A model generated the notes under the pieces. That model was given only the letters and a program-made list of their open reading frames with translations. It was not told where the DNA came from and searched no databases. This document shows positions 24,865 to 36,639 of a DNA stretch of 64,000 nucleotides, piece by piece. The stretch covers positions 18,122,819 through 18,186,818 of the forward strand of contig MU054323.1 in the NCBI GenBank assembly GCA_013239625.1, written 5' to 3'. Positions within the stretch are counted from its first letter, which is position 1, and every line of letters begins with the position of its first letter. Position numbers and translations under genes: made by a program. The DNA is from Lama guanicoe (taxonomy: Eukaryota).

Positions 24865-26952
24865 TTTTAAAAAACTTTAAAACTTTTTATTGAAGTAAAG
24901 TTGATTTACAGTATTATATTATTTTCAGATGTACAGCATAGTGATTCAGTATTTTTGCAGATTATATTCCATTTGAAGTTATTAGAAAATAATGGCTATA
25001 ATTCCCTATGCTATACAATATACCTTGTGGCTTATCTGTTTTATACATGGTAATTTATATCTCTTAATCCTGCATGCCTAATTTGCCTCTCTGTTTCCCT
25101 CTCCCTACTAGTATCTGTTTTCTATATCAATAAGTTGGTTTGTTTTGCTATATATATTCATTTATTTTATTTTTTAAATTCTATATATATAAGTGATACA
25201 TACTATATTTGTCTTTGACTTATTTCACCAAGCATAATACTCTCTAGGTCCATCCACATTGTTGCAAATGGCAGAATTTCATTCTTTTTATGGCAGACTA
25301 ATATTCCATTATATATAGTGTGTGTGTGTATACATATATATGTAATATATATATTATATATATGTCTGTGTATGTGTATATATACCATATCCTCTTTATC
25401 CAGTCATCTGTTGATGGATACTTAGGTTGCTTCCATATCTCAACTTTATAAATATTGCTGCTATGAACATTGGAATGCATGTGCCTTTTCAAATTAGTGT
25501 TTTCATTTTTCTTGGATGTATACCCAGGAGTGGAATTGCTGGATCATATGGTAGTGCTATTTATAGTATTTTGAGGAACCTCCATATTTTTTTCCAGTGG
25601 CTACACCAATTAACATTCCCACCAACTGTGTACCAGGGTTCCATTTTCTCCACATCCTCACCAACATTTGTTATTTGTAGACTTTCTGATGATAGCCATT
25701 CTTGCAGATGTGAGCTGATACCTCATTGGGATTTGATTTGCATTTCTCTAATAATTAGTGATGTTGAACATCTTTTCAAGTGCTTGCTAACCATCTGATG
25801 TCTTCCTTAGAAAATGTCTAGTCAGGTCTTCTGCCTATTTTTAATCAGGTGATTTTGGATATTGAATTGTATGAGCTGTTTACATATTTTGGATATGAAC
25901 TGCATCAGTCATGTAATTTGCAAATATTTCTCCCCTTCATTAGGTTGTCTTTTCATTTTGTTGTTATTTGTTACATTTGGTTGCTGGACTCTTTCTTTCT
26001 TTTTTTTTCAATTGAACTATAGTGGATTTACAGTAGTGTATTAGTTTCAAGGACACAGCAAAGTGATTCAGTTATATATATATACTCTTTTCAGGTTATT
26101 TTCCATTATAGGTTATTACAAGATATTGAATGTAGTTGCCTGTGCTATACAGTAAGTCCTTGTTGTTTGTTTTATATGTAGTAGTGTGTATCTATTAATC
26201 CCATACTCCTAATTTATCCCTCCCCTCCTTTCCCTTTTGGTAACCATAAATTTGATTTTTATATCTGAGTCTGTTTCCATTTTGTGAATAAGTTCATTTG
26301 GATTATTTTTTTTTTTTAGATTCCACCTATAAGTGATATCATATTTGTCTTTCTCTACCTGCCTAACTTCACTTAGTATGATAACATTTAGGTCCAACTA
26401 TGTTGCTACAAATGACGTATGTGATATGGAGTAAGTGGTTGCTGGAATGTTTGCTCAGCTCAGGCTGAGGCACGTGCCAGCTGTGATGCAGGAAACTGGG
26501 CAGCCACTGGAGCAGTCTTCAGTCTGTGCTCTCTGCTCTGATGCTGGGGCAAAGAAGAGTGTACACAGTCCTCACGAGCAGAGCCCAGGCTTCCCACAGC
26601 TCTCCTGTCCGTCCCAGCGGCACTCCAGCCGGCCAAGGGGCTCTGCTTCCTTGTGCAGGACCCCGGGGCCGGTCACCCAGTAGATGACTCAGGCTGCTTA
26701 CTACCCAGGGTGAATCCCCCTTGTATCATGTCCCAGCTCCTCTGAGTCTCCTCCCATGGGCACAGGTCCCAGCCTGGTGGTTTCTCTTCCTTCCCTATGC
26801 AATTGTGTGTGTGTGTCTTTCTTACATTCTCAGCTGCACAGGGGTCTTTCTGCCAGTTTCTCCAGTGAGGATTGTTCCACATGTAGATGCATTTTTGATG
26901 TATTCATTGGGGGAAATGTATTCCGTGTCCTCCTACTCCACCATTTTGATCA
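24865..26952 (-). mobile_element. Internally deleted L1: 5'UTR (26436-26952) joined to ORF2 C-terminus/3'UTR (24865-25979); contains a nested L1
   Basis: Minus-strand start gatcaaaatggtggagtaggaggacacgg...catcaaaaatgcatctacatgtggaacaatcctcac (L1 5' end with decayed YY1 motif); 16/20 TSD at 24845-24864 and 26953-26972. Confidence 0.75.
25995..26435 (-). mobile_element. Nested L1 3' end with TSD
   Basis: polyT tail; ORF 26209-26397 reads MDLNVIILSEVRQVEKDKY; TSD tggttgctgga(c/a)t(c/g)ttt at 25978-25994 and 26436-26452. Confidence 0.88.
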
Positions 26953-27329
26953 ATTTGTGTCAAAATTGTAATGATTGTTATGATGTGAGTTGTCTTCTGC
27001 AAGATTTGAGAAAGTTTTTCTAGACTATTCACCCATGAGTGAAATTGTTGGATTGTAGTTTATGTGCTATTCAGCTTTAACAAACACTGCCAGATTCTTT
27101 ACTGAAGATGTAGTTTTAAGAATTACTATTTTCTTCACAACTTCCTCAGTACTGGGTGTTGTCAGACATTTTACTTTTTCCTGTGATTTTTTTTTTTTTG
27201 CTTTAACTTGCATTTCTCTTGTTGCTATTGAGGTTGACAAAATTTTCCATATGTTAATTGGACATTAAGGTTTCTACTTCAGTCAATTATCTAATTATGT
27301 CTGTTGCTAATTTAGTATTTCCACAGTAA

Positions 27330-27520
27330 TATCTAGCACTTACAAAGCACTTACATGTCAGGCAAGTTGGAAAGGCTTTATGTCTGAAGTCATTTAATCT
27401 AACCAAGAATCATGTTAAAAAATAAAATTAAAAAAAAGCTTGCATAGGCAGTAAGTTGCAGAACAGAGATTCAGTTCACGAAGTCTGGCCCCAGAGTTTG
27501 TGCAGTTAACCACTATGCTG
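27330..27520 (-). mobile_element. MIR SINE
   Basis: aagcacttacatgtcaggc...tcatttaatct...gtaagttgcagaacagagattc...gtctggccccagag...taaccactatg. Confidence 0.6.
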
Positions 27521-27540
27521 GAAGTACCCCTTCCCCCTCT

Positions 27541-28032
27541 GCTGCCCCCCTTATTGGCAGTTTCATGTTCCACAGTTTTAGTTACCCATAGTCAACCATG
27601 GTCTGAAAATATTAGACGGAAAATTCCAGAAATAAACAATTCATCAGTCATGGCTCGATGACCCTCCTTCTGACTTACTGTTGGAAGGTCAGTAGCAGCC
27701 TAACGCTACGTCACAGTGCCTCCTCCGTTCACCTCGCTCCATCTCATCACGTATGAATTGTATCATCTCACAGCATCACAAGAAGAAAGGTGAACACAGT
27801 ACAATAAGGTATTTTAAGAGAGAAGAGGCCACACTTACATAACTTTTATTACAGTATAATTGTTCTATTTATCACTATTGTTAACTTGTTACTGTGCCTA
27901 ATTTATAAATCACTTTTTCTTAGGTGCTCACAGGAAGAAACATGGTGTATATGGAGTTTGGTACTATCTGCAGTCTCAGGCGTCCACGAGTGGTCTCGGA
28001 GCGTATCCCCAGTGGATAAGGGGGGTTTGCGG
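27541..28032. mobile_element. MER44/Tigger7-family DNA transposon
   Basis: ccccttatt...gttacccatagtcaaccatggtctgaaaatatt...ggaaaattccagaaataaacaattc...cctaacgctacgtcac...ggataaggggg; inverted ccccctta/taaggggg ends. Confidence 0.85.
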
Positions 28033-28079
28033 TAGTGTCTGGTCAGGCAGCAGTGCTGCCTTCTTCTTCTTTTTTATAT

Positions 28080-28900
28080 TTGTAGTGGGTGTTCTGGGCC
28101 CTTTGCTTTCCCATATGCATTTCAGAATTACATGCTCATCAGTTTCCTCCAAATCCTGTTGAAATTTTTATTTTAATTACATGGAAATTATAGTTTAATT
28201 TGAAAAGGCTTATTAACACTTTCACATTATTTTTTTTTGCCATGAATGAATGTGTTACATCTTTCCACATATTTATCTCCTTTGTTTGTCTCCTTTAATG
28301 ATTTTTTATGGTTTTAAAATCATTTTCTCCATAAGGGGTGACATTTCTCTCACTCACTTTAAAATTGATTCCCGAGAAATGTATTGTTTTTGCTGCAGCT
28401 TCAAATGACTTTTTTTTACAAAGTTATTTTTATTTAAAATTTTCTATGTAAAAACATAATTACTGTTATTTTAGTTTCTACATAGAAAATTTCGATTTTA
28501 ATTTCAATAAAGGGAAGTTTTTTTTCTAAATTTTAATACCTTTATTTAATTTTCTTATCTTATGATTTCTTGCTTTTTTTCTTATGGCTCTTGTCTGGTA
28601 TTGGAATCTAGGATTTACTTGCCTTCTAATAAAAGAGAGAATTTCCTTTTTCCCACCCATCTTATCTGGAATACTTCAGAAAATTGGGATTATCTGTTCC
28701 TTGAATATTTGGTAGAGCGCATTTGTAAAATCACCTGGGCCTTCTTTTTTTTCTCCCCCTGTAAGTAGATTTCAAATTCCTGTTTCATTTTTTAAACAGT
28801 CTTAGGTCTATTCTTTTAAATTGCAGCTTCATTTGAAAAACTTATTTGTTCTTTAGAAAATTATTCATTTGTTCAGTGTTCATATTAACTAACACATTTT
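28080..28900 (-). mobile_element. Old L1M ORF2 remnant
   Basis: cctttgctttcccatatgcatttcagaatt...cctgttgaaatttt...aaaattgggattatctgttccttgaatatttggtaga. Confidence 0.6.
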
Positions 28901-28909
28901 CTCATGATA

Positions 28910-29660
28910 CTGTATAAATTTTACTTTACAATTTGAAACATTTAAAAGCTGTTAAAAATTACATAGAAAATGGTGTCACAGAATCATATAGAATCCCAAG
29001 TTAGGTTTTAACTACTTGCTGCATTTGTCTCAGAGCTCTCTCTCCATCTCTCTCCCTTTGTCTGTCTCTCACAGAGAAAGGAAGGAAGGTGAAGGGAGAG
29101 AAGAAGGAAGGAAGGAAATAAATAGGCAAAGAAGAAAGTGTTATAGATGCAGTTAATGATACCCCTTCACATTTCATCTTGTCTTCTCTCTTGACCACCA
29201 TTAAACTGAGGCAATTGTGCATCACACTTCTGTTTATTTTCTTACCTTCACTGTGTATTTATATATGTATATTTAAACAATGTACTCTATTGCTTTGTGT
29301 CGTTAAGCCAGATGTGATAGCTAGAGGCAAAGGACTGCTGGGGATTTCCTGGGAAGCAAATTAACCCATTTTTCAAAAAAAAAAAATTACAGTTTTGATC
29401 ACATATGACTGTATCCCTAACAATATATTATTTTGTTTTCCTTATAATTTGGCTTTGGCGTTATGCTACTATAGTCTTCTGCAACTTGCTTTATTCACTC
29501 AAATTATATTTCTAAGAACCAGGTATGTTTTTCACATAGTTGCCTTCATTTTTCACTACTCAATAGTATCTTTTTGGTGTCATACTGCAAATTTTGTATC
29601 CACTTATCTGTTGACAGATATTTTTCTCAGCTTTTTGCTGCTAGGGACAGTACTGCCTTA
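28910..29660 (-). mobile_element. L1ME-type 3' remnant(s) with embedded CT/GA low-complexity sequence
   Basis: tttgaaacatttaaaagctg...; tagtcttctgcaacttgctttattcactcaa...tttctaaga. Confidence 0.5.
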
Positions 29661-29699
29661 AGGAGACTTCCTTTTTTCCTTTTCTTTGTCAGAACAGCT

Positions 29700-30380
29700 T
29701 AATGTTAACATGCCAGGCATGACTCTAAAAACTGGCAACATAGAAGTGTACAAACCAATCAAAAATCTGTATCTTTGCAGCTTAGATTCTAGGGGGCAAA
29801 ACAGCTAATAAACAAGGCAAGTAAAATATACATTCTGTTATATGGTAATAAATACTAAAGGAAAAGAATAGATGTAGGGGAGAAAGGAGGTCTTGGGAGC
29901 AGAGGACTGATAATTTTGGGAAGGGTGCCAAGGAGGCATGTATGGAAAAGATGCTCTTGGAGCAGAGACCTGCAGGAGGGAGGGAGTAAGCCATGCACGC
30001 GTCCAGGAAAGAATTCAGGCAGAGAGAGCAGCAAGTTCAAAGGACCTAAGGCAGGAGTGTGCCTGGTGCACTCCACACTCCAGAGCCTGCAGGGAGGCAG
30101 GTGAGGCTGCCATGGTGTCCAAGAGGGAGGGTAACCAGGGATAAAGGTGGAGAAGTTGGGGGTGCAGAAAGGGGAGAGGGTGCAGATCATGGAGGACCTT
30201 ATAAAACATATAAGGGTGTTTGGCTTTTACCATGAGTGAGATAGAAATCGAAGGGAAAGAAGTTGCTATCAGAATCCCTTCATCTGCTGGGCTAAAAGTC
30301 TAGGGAGGGGTGTTGGGACAGAAGTCGAGAGACCAGTCAGGAGGCTGTTTCCAGAATCCACGTGTGATGCCAAGGTCTGT
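29700..30380 (-). mobile_element. L2 fragment
   Basis: ggagcagagacctg...gcaagttcaaaggacctaaggcaggagtgtgcctgg...gagaccagtcaggaggctg. Confidence 0.8.
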
Positions 30381-30399
30381 ACTTGACCCTCCCTTGTTT

Positions 30400-30550
30400 C
30401 TCACAACCACCCTTTAAGGCAGATGTTATGCCCGTTTACCAGGGAGGAGTTGAGGCTCACAGGCGACGGGTCATCTCTTTAACCCCAATCACAGTCGTAC
30501 AGCAGCCTGTGCATGGCGGAACGGGACTTGAACCTGAGTCTTTCATTACT
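30400..30550 (-). mobile_element. MIR SINE
   Basis: caaccaccct...ggagttgaggctcacagg...gggacttgaacctgagtct. Confidence 0.6.
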
Positions 30551-31279
30551 TCGCTACATTTCCGGGAAGAGTTTACAGTGACAGCAAAACCATTTTGCCC
30601 AATTTGAAACCCCCCAGCACCAACAAAGGATCTTACCATGGACTGGATTACTTGAACCTGGAATTTTGCAGAGAACAACAGCTATGGTGTTTCAGCTCTC
30701 ACATATCCATGTTGACCTAAGGGAGAGGTATTACTGAAAGGAGAGCTTAGCCCAGAGCACATGACAGGCACTGTTGGAACTGTGGCAGCTACAACTGTCC
30801 GCAGGCCCAGCCTTCTGAGGTCACCCCAAGTAATCAGATTCAATGAAGAGTACATATATATTTTTTTCTGTTGACTACACTCAAACTTTTAGGAAGGCCC
30901 ATGACCCTTTCTTGCCCTCCAGTTTCAATTTTTGTAACTGCCCGTTAAAGGTAATTGCTAGCATTATGTTTAACCAATAGATTATAAACAAGATTCTGTG
31001 CTCTCAAATTTCAAAGGCTTCTACAAATTCTACCAATGTTGCTGCGTTGCATGTTGGGCAAAGTGGTCTTTACCTGTATAATTCACGTGGCATCTGTCAT
31101 AAGATTTAAAACAAGAAGGAAACTCAGAATTATTTAGTGTACTAGCTTTATTTCATAGGGGACAAAACTGAGGCAAAGAGAGGCTGTTTTAAGTTTAGTC
31201 ATTGATCCAGAGCTGAGCAAGGCTGTGCTGAGAAGCACACCAGTGTATTTCAAGGAAGAGTCTTTAGACATCACGTGCA

Positions 31280-31440
31280 CGTGCCTTGCCGTCTGGCTGT
31301 GTGACCTTGGGAATGTTACTTAACATTCCTCTCTCTCAATTTCTCCGTTAGTAAAAAGCTGGATAATAACTATTTTGCAGAGTCATTGAGAGAATTACAA
31401 ACGTGTCAAAAGCTCCCAGGTAGTGTCTGGCACAAGGCAA
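31280..31440 (+). mobile_element. MIR SINE
   Basis: ctgtgtgaccttgggaatgttacttaac...ggataataac...tagtgtctggcaca. Confidence 0.75.
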
Positions 31441-32517
31441 CTGCCAGCTATAATTTGTATTCTTTTTTTTTTTTTTTGAGTTCAGCAGTTTTCTCAAGAC
31501 TGTGTTCCAAGTTCCTGACCTCTATGTCTAAGTCCAGGCCATGTTTTCAGCCTCATCGACACTGACAAATAATGCAGCTTTGACCCCTCTAGACACTTCT
31601 TTAGATCTGTATTTCAGACACATCATCGGGAAATGATATATTTATGAAGGGCCTAGGGCTCCAAGGTAAAGGGGAAAAGGTGACGAGTGTTGATTATACT
31701 TTAGAGCATCCCAGTGAAGTAAATAAGGAGATAATGACTTTTTTTTTCCATAAAGAAATGATGTGATATCCTATTTCCAAGGGCCTGCAATCTCCGATGG
31801 ACCCTCAACCCTGGTGCTGCAAGTGTTTGGAGTGTCTTGTCCTTTTCTAAATGGCTTTTCTGTGTGCTGTAGGGCATTTGATTGCAAAGAAGTGGATAAG
31901 ACACATTTGCCTTTGGGTGTTTGAGAAGTTATTGAATTCACAAGTTTGAATGACACTTCAAGTCTTTACAATAAAAATGACTCCTTGTTGTTCTAGCATC
32001 TGTAAGAACTACCGTTCACCAGCACAAAGCAGCAGCATGGCGGTGGGGGACACCTTCGGATGATCTTTTGAGAGCACACCCAGTGCTACTGGAGGAGGAC
32101 CGAGGAGGAATCCTTAGGCAGGGGGCACATTTTGTCTCTTCTGCTTTCAGAAAGACTGCTGCTGAATGAAGTCAGCTATCGCTCAATTAAACCTCACTAA
32201 GTAGCCTTTATAATAGGGATTCTATGGTTTAAGGGCAAGAGACAACTTTCTGGATTCAATTTTCCCAGAGTTTCTGAGGCTCTTAGGTATTGACACACAC
32301 TAAACCCCCAAGAAATGCATGATAAACCAGGGAGCTGTTATGGTGATTAACAATGGGGTGAAGGTCTTCCCAGGGACTGGAGTCACATGTTCAGTGTCTA
32401 GGACATCTTCTTCTTGAGGTCATGGTATTTGGCATACAAAATAAATACTCATAAAGTTGCCTTGAAATCATGGAGTCAAAACAAAGGGAAGCATGTTGTC
32501 CTTAAAAATAGTATATA

Positions 32518-32645
32518 GGGGGAGGGTGTAGCTCAAGTGGTAGAGCACATGCTTAGCATGCATTAGATCCTGGGTTCAATCCCCAGTACCTCCTCTAAAA
32601 ATAAGTAAACCTAATTACCTCCCCCCAACAAATTTTTTTTTAAAT
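32518..32645 (+). mobile_element. Vic-1-like SINE
   Basis: gggggagggtgtagctcaagtggtagagcacatgcttagcatgc...ctgggttcaatccccagtacctcc...aaacctaattacctcccccc; flanking agtatata repeat. Confidence 0.92.
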
Positions 32646-35098
32646 ATGAGTATATACAAATTTGAGAACAGCTTAATGAATGATGAGCTGTGCCTGTTCT
32701 AGCACAGATAAAGCGTTGCTATTGACAGAAGAGTGCCTCCCAAAAGGATACATTTAAAAACCCTCTGTGCAGATCACTCAACTTCTTTAACAGAATCTTT
32801 ATTCAGCTGGGTTACAGGACAAAGGATTCCTTGATAACTCTCTTTAATTACTGGCAACCTTTTCTGATCTTGACTGTTGCCCAATTCTTCATCAGCAGTG
32901 TGCTTGGAAACCACTTGATTCCTGTGTTGAATCTTAGTAGTTTCCTTCTCAAAGCACGACTTTATCTTTAAAAATTTTGGGAACCATTATTTACCATAGA
33001 CTGCCACCCTGTGTGCTTGCCCCTAAATATTCCAGTCCTACCTTTGGCTATTACCACAGTAGCAGTGGGGTTTACAAGTTACACGCTTGGAGGTATAAGC
33101 ATCCCAAAAGGTAGAAGGGAGGGTGGGAGGACACCTGGGGTTTAAGTGAAATAAAGGGAAGTAACTGTTGTTTCACTGACTAACAGCCTGCATGTCTTCC
33201 CTCTAATGGCTGCGGTCCCACGCAGGCTTCAGAAGTTGGTGAAAAGCCATCAAATGAGAGTTAAGCAAAGCACAGCAAAGCCAAATATATCTCTGAATTT
33301 TTTTAACTGACAATCTCCAGGTGTAAGAGGTATTTGCCATCCTTTCATCTAAAGTAAGGTTATGACCGTATTGAACAGCCAAACCATTTTGTTGGTTTGA
33401 TGTGCCATGTTTTATTATACAGCAAAATATTTTGTATTTTGTTTAAAATATCCTGCAGAGAATCCAACATCAGAAATGTCTGCTCAATGGCTGCTTTACC
33501 GGCACCACCTAGACCTCATTGCAGGGTGGTCTGACCATTGTAAGTTGCTGTGTCACCCCCTATCCCACACTGGCACTCACTTTCCACAGGGAAGAGTAGA
33601 GGAGCCAACAAGATGCAGTAGAGGAGGCTTTCTCTGGTCTATGTGTGGGAACTTCTTTTCCTCTTTAAGTGATAAGACAGTAATTCTGTTGGCTGGACTT
33701 GACACTGGCAGTGGGTGGGGTATTCAGGTGTTTAAACAGGACTTTTCCACCACTTGCTGAACCTCACTTTTCTCTCTTTTCCTGGGGTTAATCTTTGTGT
33801 CATTCTATTCCTTCCTTCCTTCTTACTTGTCTCTGTCTTGCGTTGTGAATTACAGTGAGGAGGGAGGAGAGAGAGACAAATCCTGAACTCTGAGCCACCT
33901 GCTTCCCCTCACCCCTCACTCCTACTACTTGGGGGTCTTGATGCTGGTTTATCAGAATCAGTAATAGACAAGTTGGGTACTTTAAGGTGTGAATGGACAC
34001 AGGGGCAGCCATGGTGTTGGAGGAATATGACTGCTTTAGTCCCCCTTTGTTTCTAGCTCAAATGCTTAATTGCATAGCATTGTAAACATTTGTTGCATTT
34101 GATTTTTGATGCCAAATGCATTTTCTTAGGTATGGGTAAATCTGCCTGAAAAATTGTGTTTTATTAAGGAAGGATAATTCACTAAAAGATTTTGGCTGCT
34201 CAATTCTGCAAAAGGGCCAGTGATGAGTATTTAAACTATTAGTAACCAAGCAGCTTGAAGACGAAAATAAGAGGACTTTTGGGCTCACCTCCATCTTTTT
34301 GTTCTTGTGAGCACTTTCCTTTCACGAACATTGAAAAGGATTTGTCCTTTACTGTAAGTTGAATATTTTGAGACCTATTGGAAATGAGAAAGTGAGCCTC
34401 GTTTCCTCCCTGAACTCCGTCCTGTGGAGGCACTGGAGGAATATGTATTGATGAAGACAGCCGGAAAGCAGTGGGTGGGAATAAACCTTACATCTTTGAC
34501 CCTTTGTCTGAAAGAAGCCACTCACATCCTAGGGATATATTTTCTCACCCTGCTCAATTGTTCTGGCCTCGGAAACCCTGGTTTCATGTAAACTATGGCC
34601 AAGTAGCAGCTCTTGGTGACAGTCTACACTGTCAAATAAAGAAGATGGCCAAGAGGAAGGCGTACACTGGGGCTGCAGACACAGGAAGCTTGTTTTATGG
34701 TCTCTCTCCCACCCACTCCGTTCTCTGCTGCCACCCACACCCATTCCCATGGGGGGCTTCCACCCTCGCTCTGCTCCAATCTTGAGCTCCCTGGCTGGGG
34801 ACCGCATCACTGTCCCCTTGGTACCAGACTGCCTGTCCTTCATGGTGTCCATTTGCCCGTGTCTCATTGGTCATCTTTCCATGTTCCTTCACTCGTTGTG
34901 TCCCTGCACATTCAAGCTGGGGTCTCTACATGTTGCTTACATATCTTGACATTTGTTCTGCTCATCCTGTTCGGGGCTGTAGTGCCTTTGCTGGGAAGGC
35001 AGGCCCTACGTTAGTGCAGCCAAGTAGGTTTCTCTGTATTTCAAGAATTCCCTCTGGTTTTTCCCTTATTGGAGAGGTCAGGAGAGGCAGGAGGCCCT

Positions 35099-35099
35099 C

Positions 35100-35139
<40 letters not shown>

Positions 35140-35540
35140 ATTTTGATCCAGTCCAATTTATTTATGTTATATATAGATTCCTTTTTCATATTCTTTTCCA
35201 TTATAGGTTACTGCAAGATATTGAGTATAGTTCCCTGTGCTGTACAGAAGAAACTTGTTGTTTATCTATTTTATATATGGTAGTATCTGCAAATTCCAAA
35301 CTCCAAGTTTATCCCTCTCCCTGCCTTTCCCGCCTGGTGACCGTAAGTTTGTTTTCTGTTTCTGTGAGTCTGTTTCTGTTTTGTAAATAAGTTCATTTGT
35401 GTCACTTTTTTAGATTCTACATATAAGTGATACGATATTTGTCTTTCTCTGCCTGCCTGATGTCACTTAGTGTGATCACCTCCAGGTCCACCCATGTTGC
35501 TGCACGTGGCATTATTTCATTCTATTTTATGGCTGAGTAG
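35099..35540 (-). mobile_element. L1 3' end with (TTTA)n tail and TSD
   Basis: TSD aggaggccct at 35089-35098 and 35541-35550, followed by tttaa (L1 endonuclease site). Confidence 0.9.
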
Positions 35541-36639
35541 AGGAGGCCCTTTTAATGTCAGGTGTTCAGAGTCCTCAGAAGCTGAGGTCACCAAGTTTCC
35601 CTTTGTTCTACGGTGAGCAAGCTTCAGCCTCCTGGTTGATGAAGAGTTTCTGTAACTGGGCAGCCACACCTTGGGTAAGGGAGGACGTGGGGTTTACAGT
35701 ATTGAAAATGGGCTAGGGCCTCCTGTGAGGCACCTTGAGCCCTTCGTGAGACAGAACTGGGAAGGCCCTTCCACCGTGTGCTGGAAAGTGGGGATCCTAG
35801 TGTGATATTTACCAAGAAAGTCCTCGCTTTCTTCAAGTAAACCAATTGATCAGTTGTGGTTTGGCAAGGCTGATTTATGTAGCAGAAAATCCCCCCCACC
35901 CCGAAACTTCCCCTGAAACACGTATGGTGTCCTCTGGATGAGGAGGGTCTATTATTTTGATACTTAAGCCAATGGAAACTTCGTGCCCCCTCCCTGCAGG
36001 GTCTCAGCTCTTCTGTGCTGCACAGGACTCTGCTGGAATTGACACACTTTTCCCAATGACTCTCTTTCCTTTCCCGTAAACTGGGAGGCAGCAGGCATGT
36101 GAACATCCTGTTAGAATTTGTGTGTATTTGTTACATTTTCTCTGTAATCAAAGCAGTTCTCCTTAGATGCCTACCTGGCGGCCATCACACCTTTCAGTTG
36201 GCTGTGGTGATGACATGTTTTTCCAAGAAACCTCTCCAAGTCACACTGATCACAGTGCCCACCTGTGGTCCCGCTTCCCAGGGAAACTTTTTATTCTCGT
36301 GTGTCTTTTTGAAGATTTTGTCATCCCTGTGAGTTCTGTCTCTCCCCACCTCAACTTGTTTTGACTTAGTTATTGGCTTTCTCCCAGAAGGGACCTCCCA
36401 CTCTGGCTTTTTAAAAAAAAGATTTCTCTATTTTTCTTGACCTGTTTCTCCTCCCCCCATGTCACGAGTTTCCTTTCTTTCTGTCAAGGCAACTCCACTT
36501 CTCTCTCCCTTCCTTCATCACCTGGTTTTCCAGTTGGTCCCAGATCAATCCACCAACAAAATGATGATGATGATAATCAAAATAGCAGCAGCAGCAACCA
36601 CTACTCCGTCACCCTCACTGGGTCCTGCTGGTGCCCGTC

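Larger units (their letters stand above)
21975..27310 (-). mobile_element. Old L1ME-type host element, broken into pieces (about 21975-22228, 24604-24864, 26953-27310) by later insertions
   Basis: The flanking pieces read as continuous antisense L1ME 3' sequence when the inserts are removed (for example gagtgaaattgttggattgtag...cactgccaga). Confidence 0.55.

Noticed and set aside
35624..36106. 160-aa ORF on minus
   Set aside because: Non-ATG start, no homology I recognise and no exon signals
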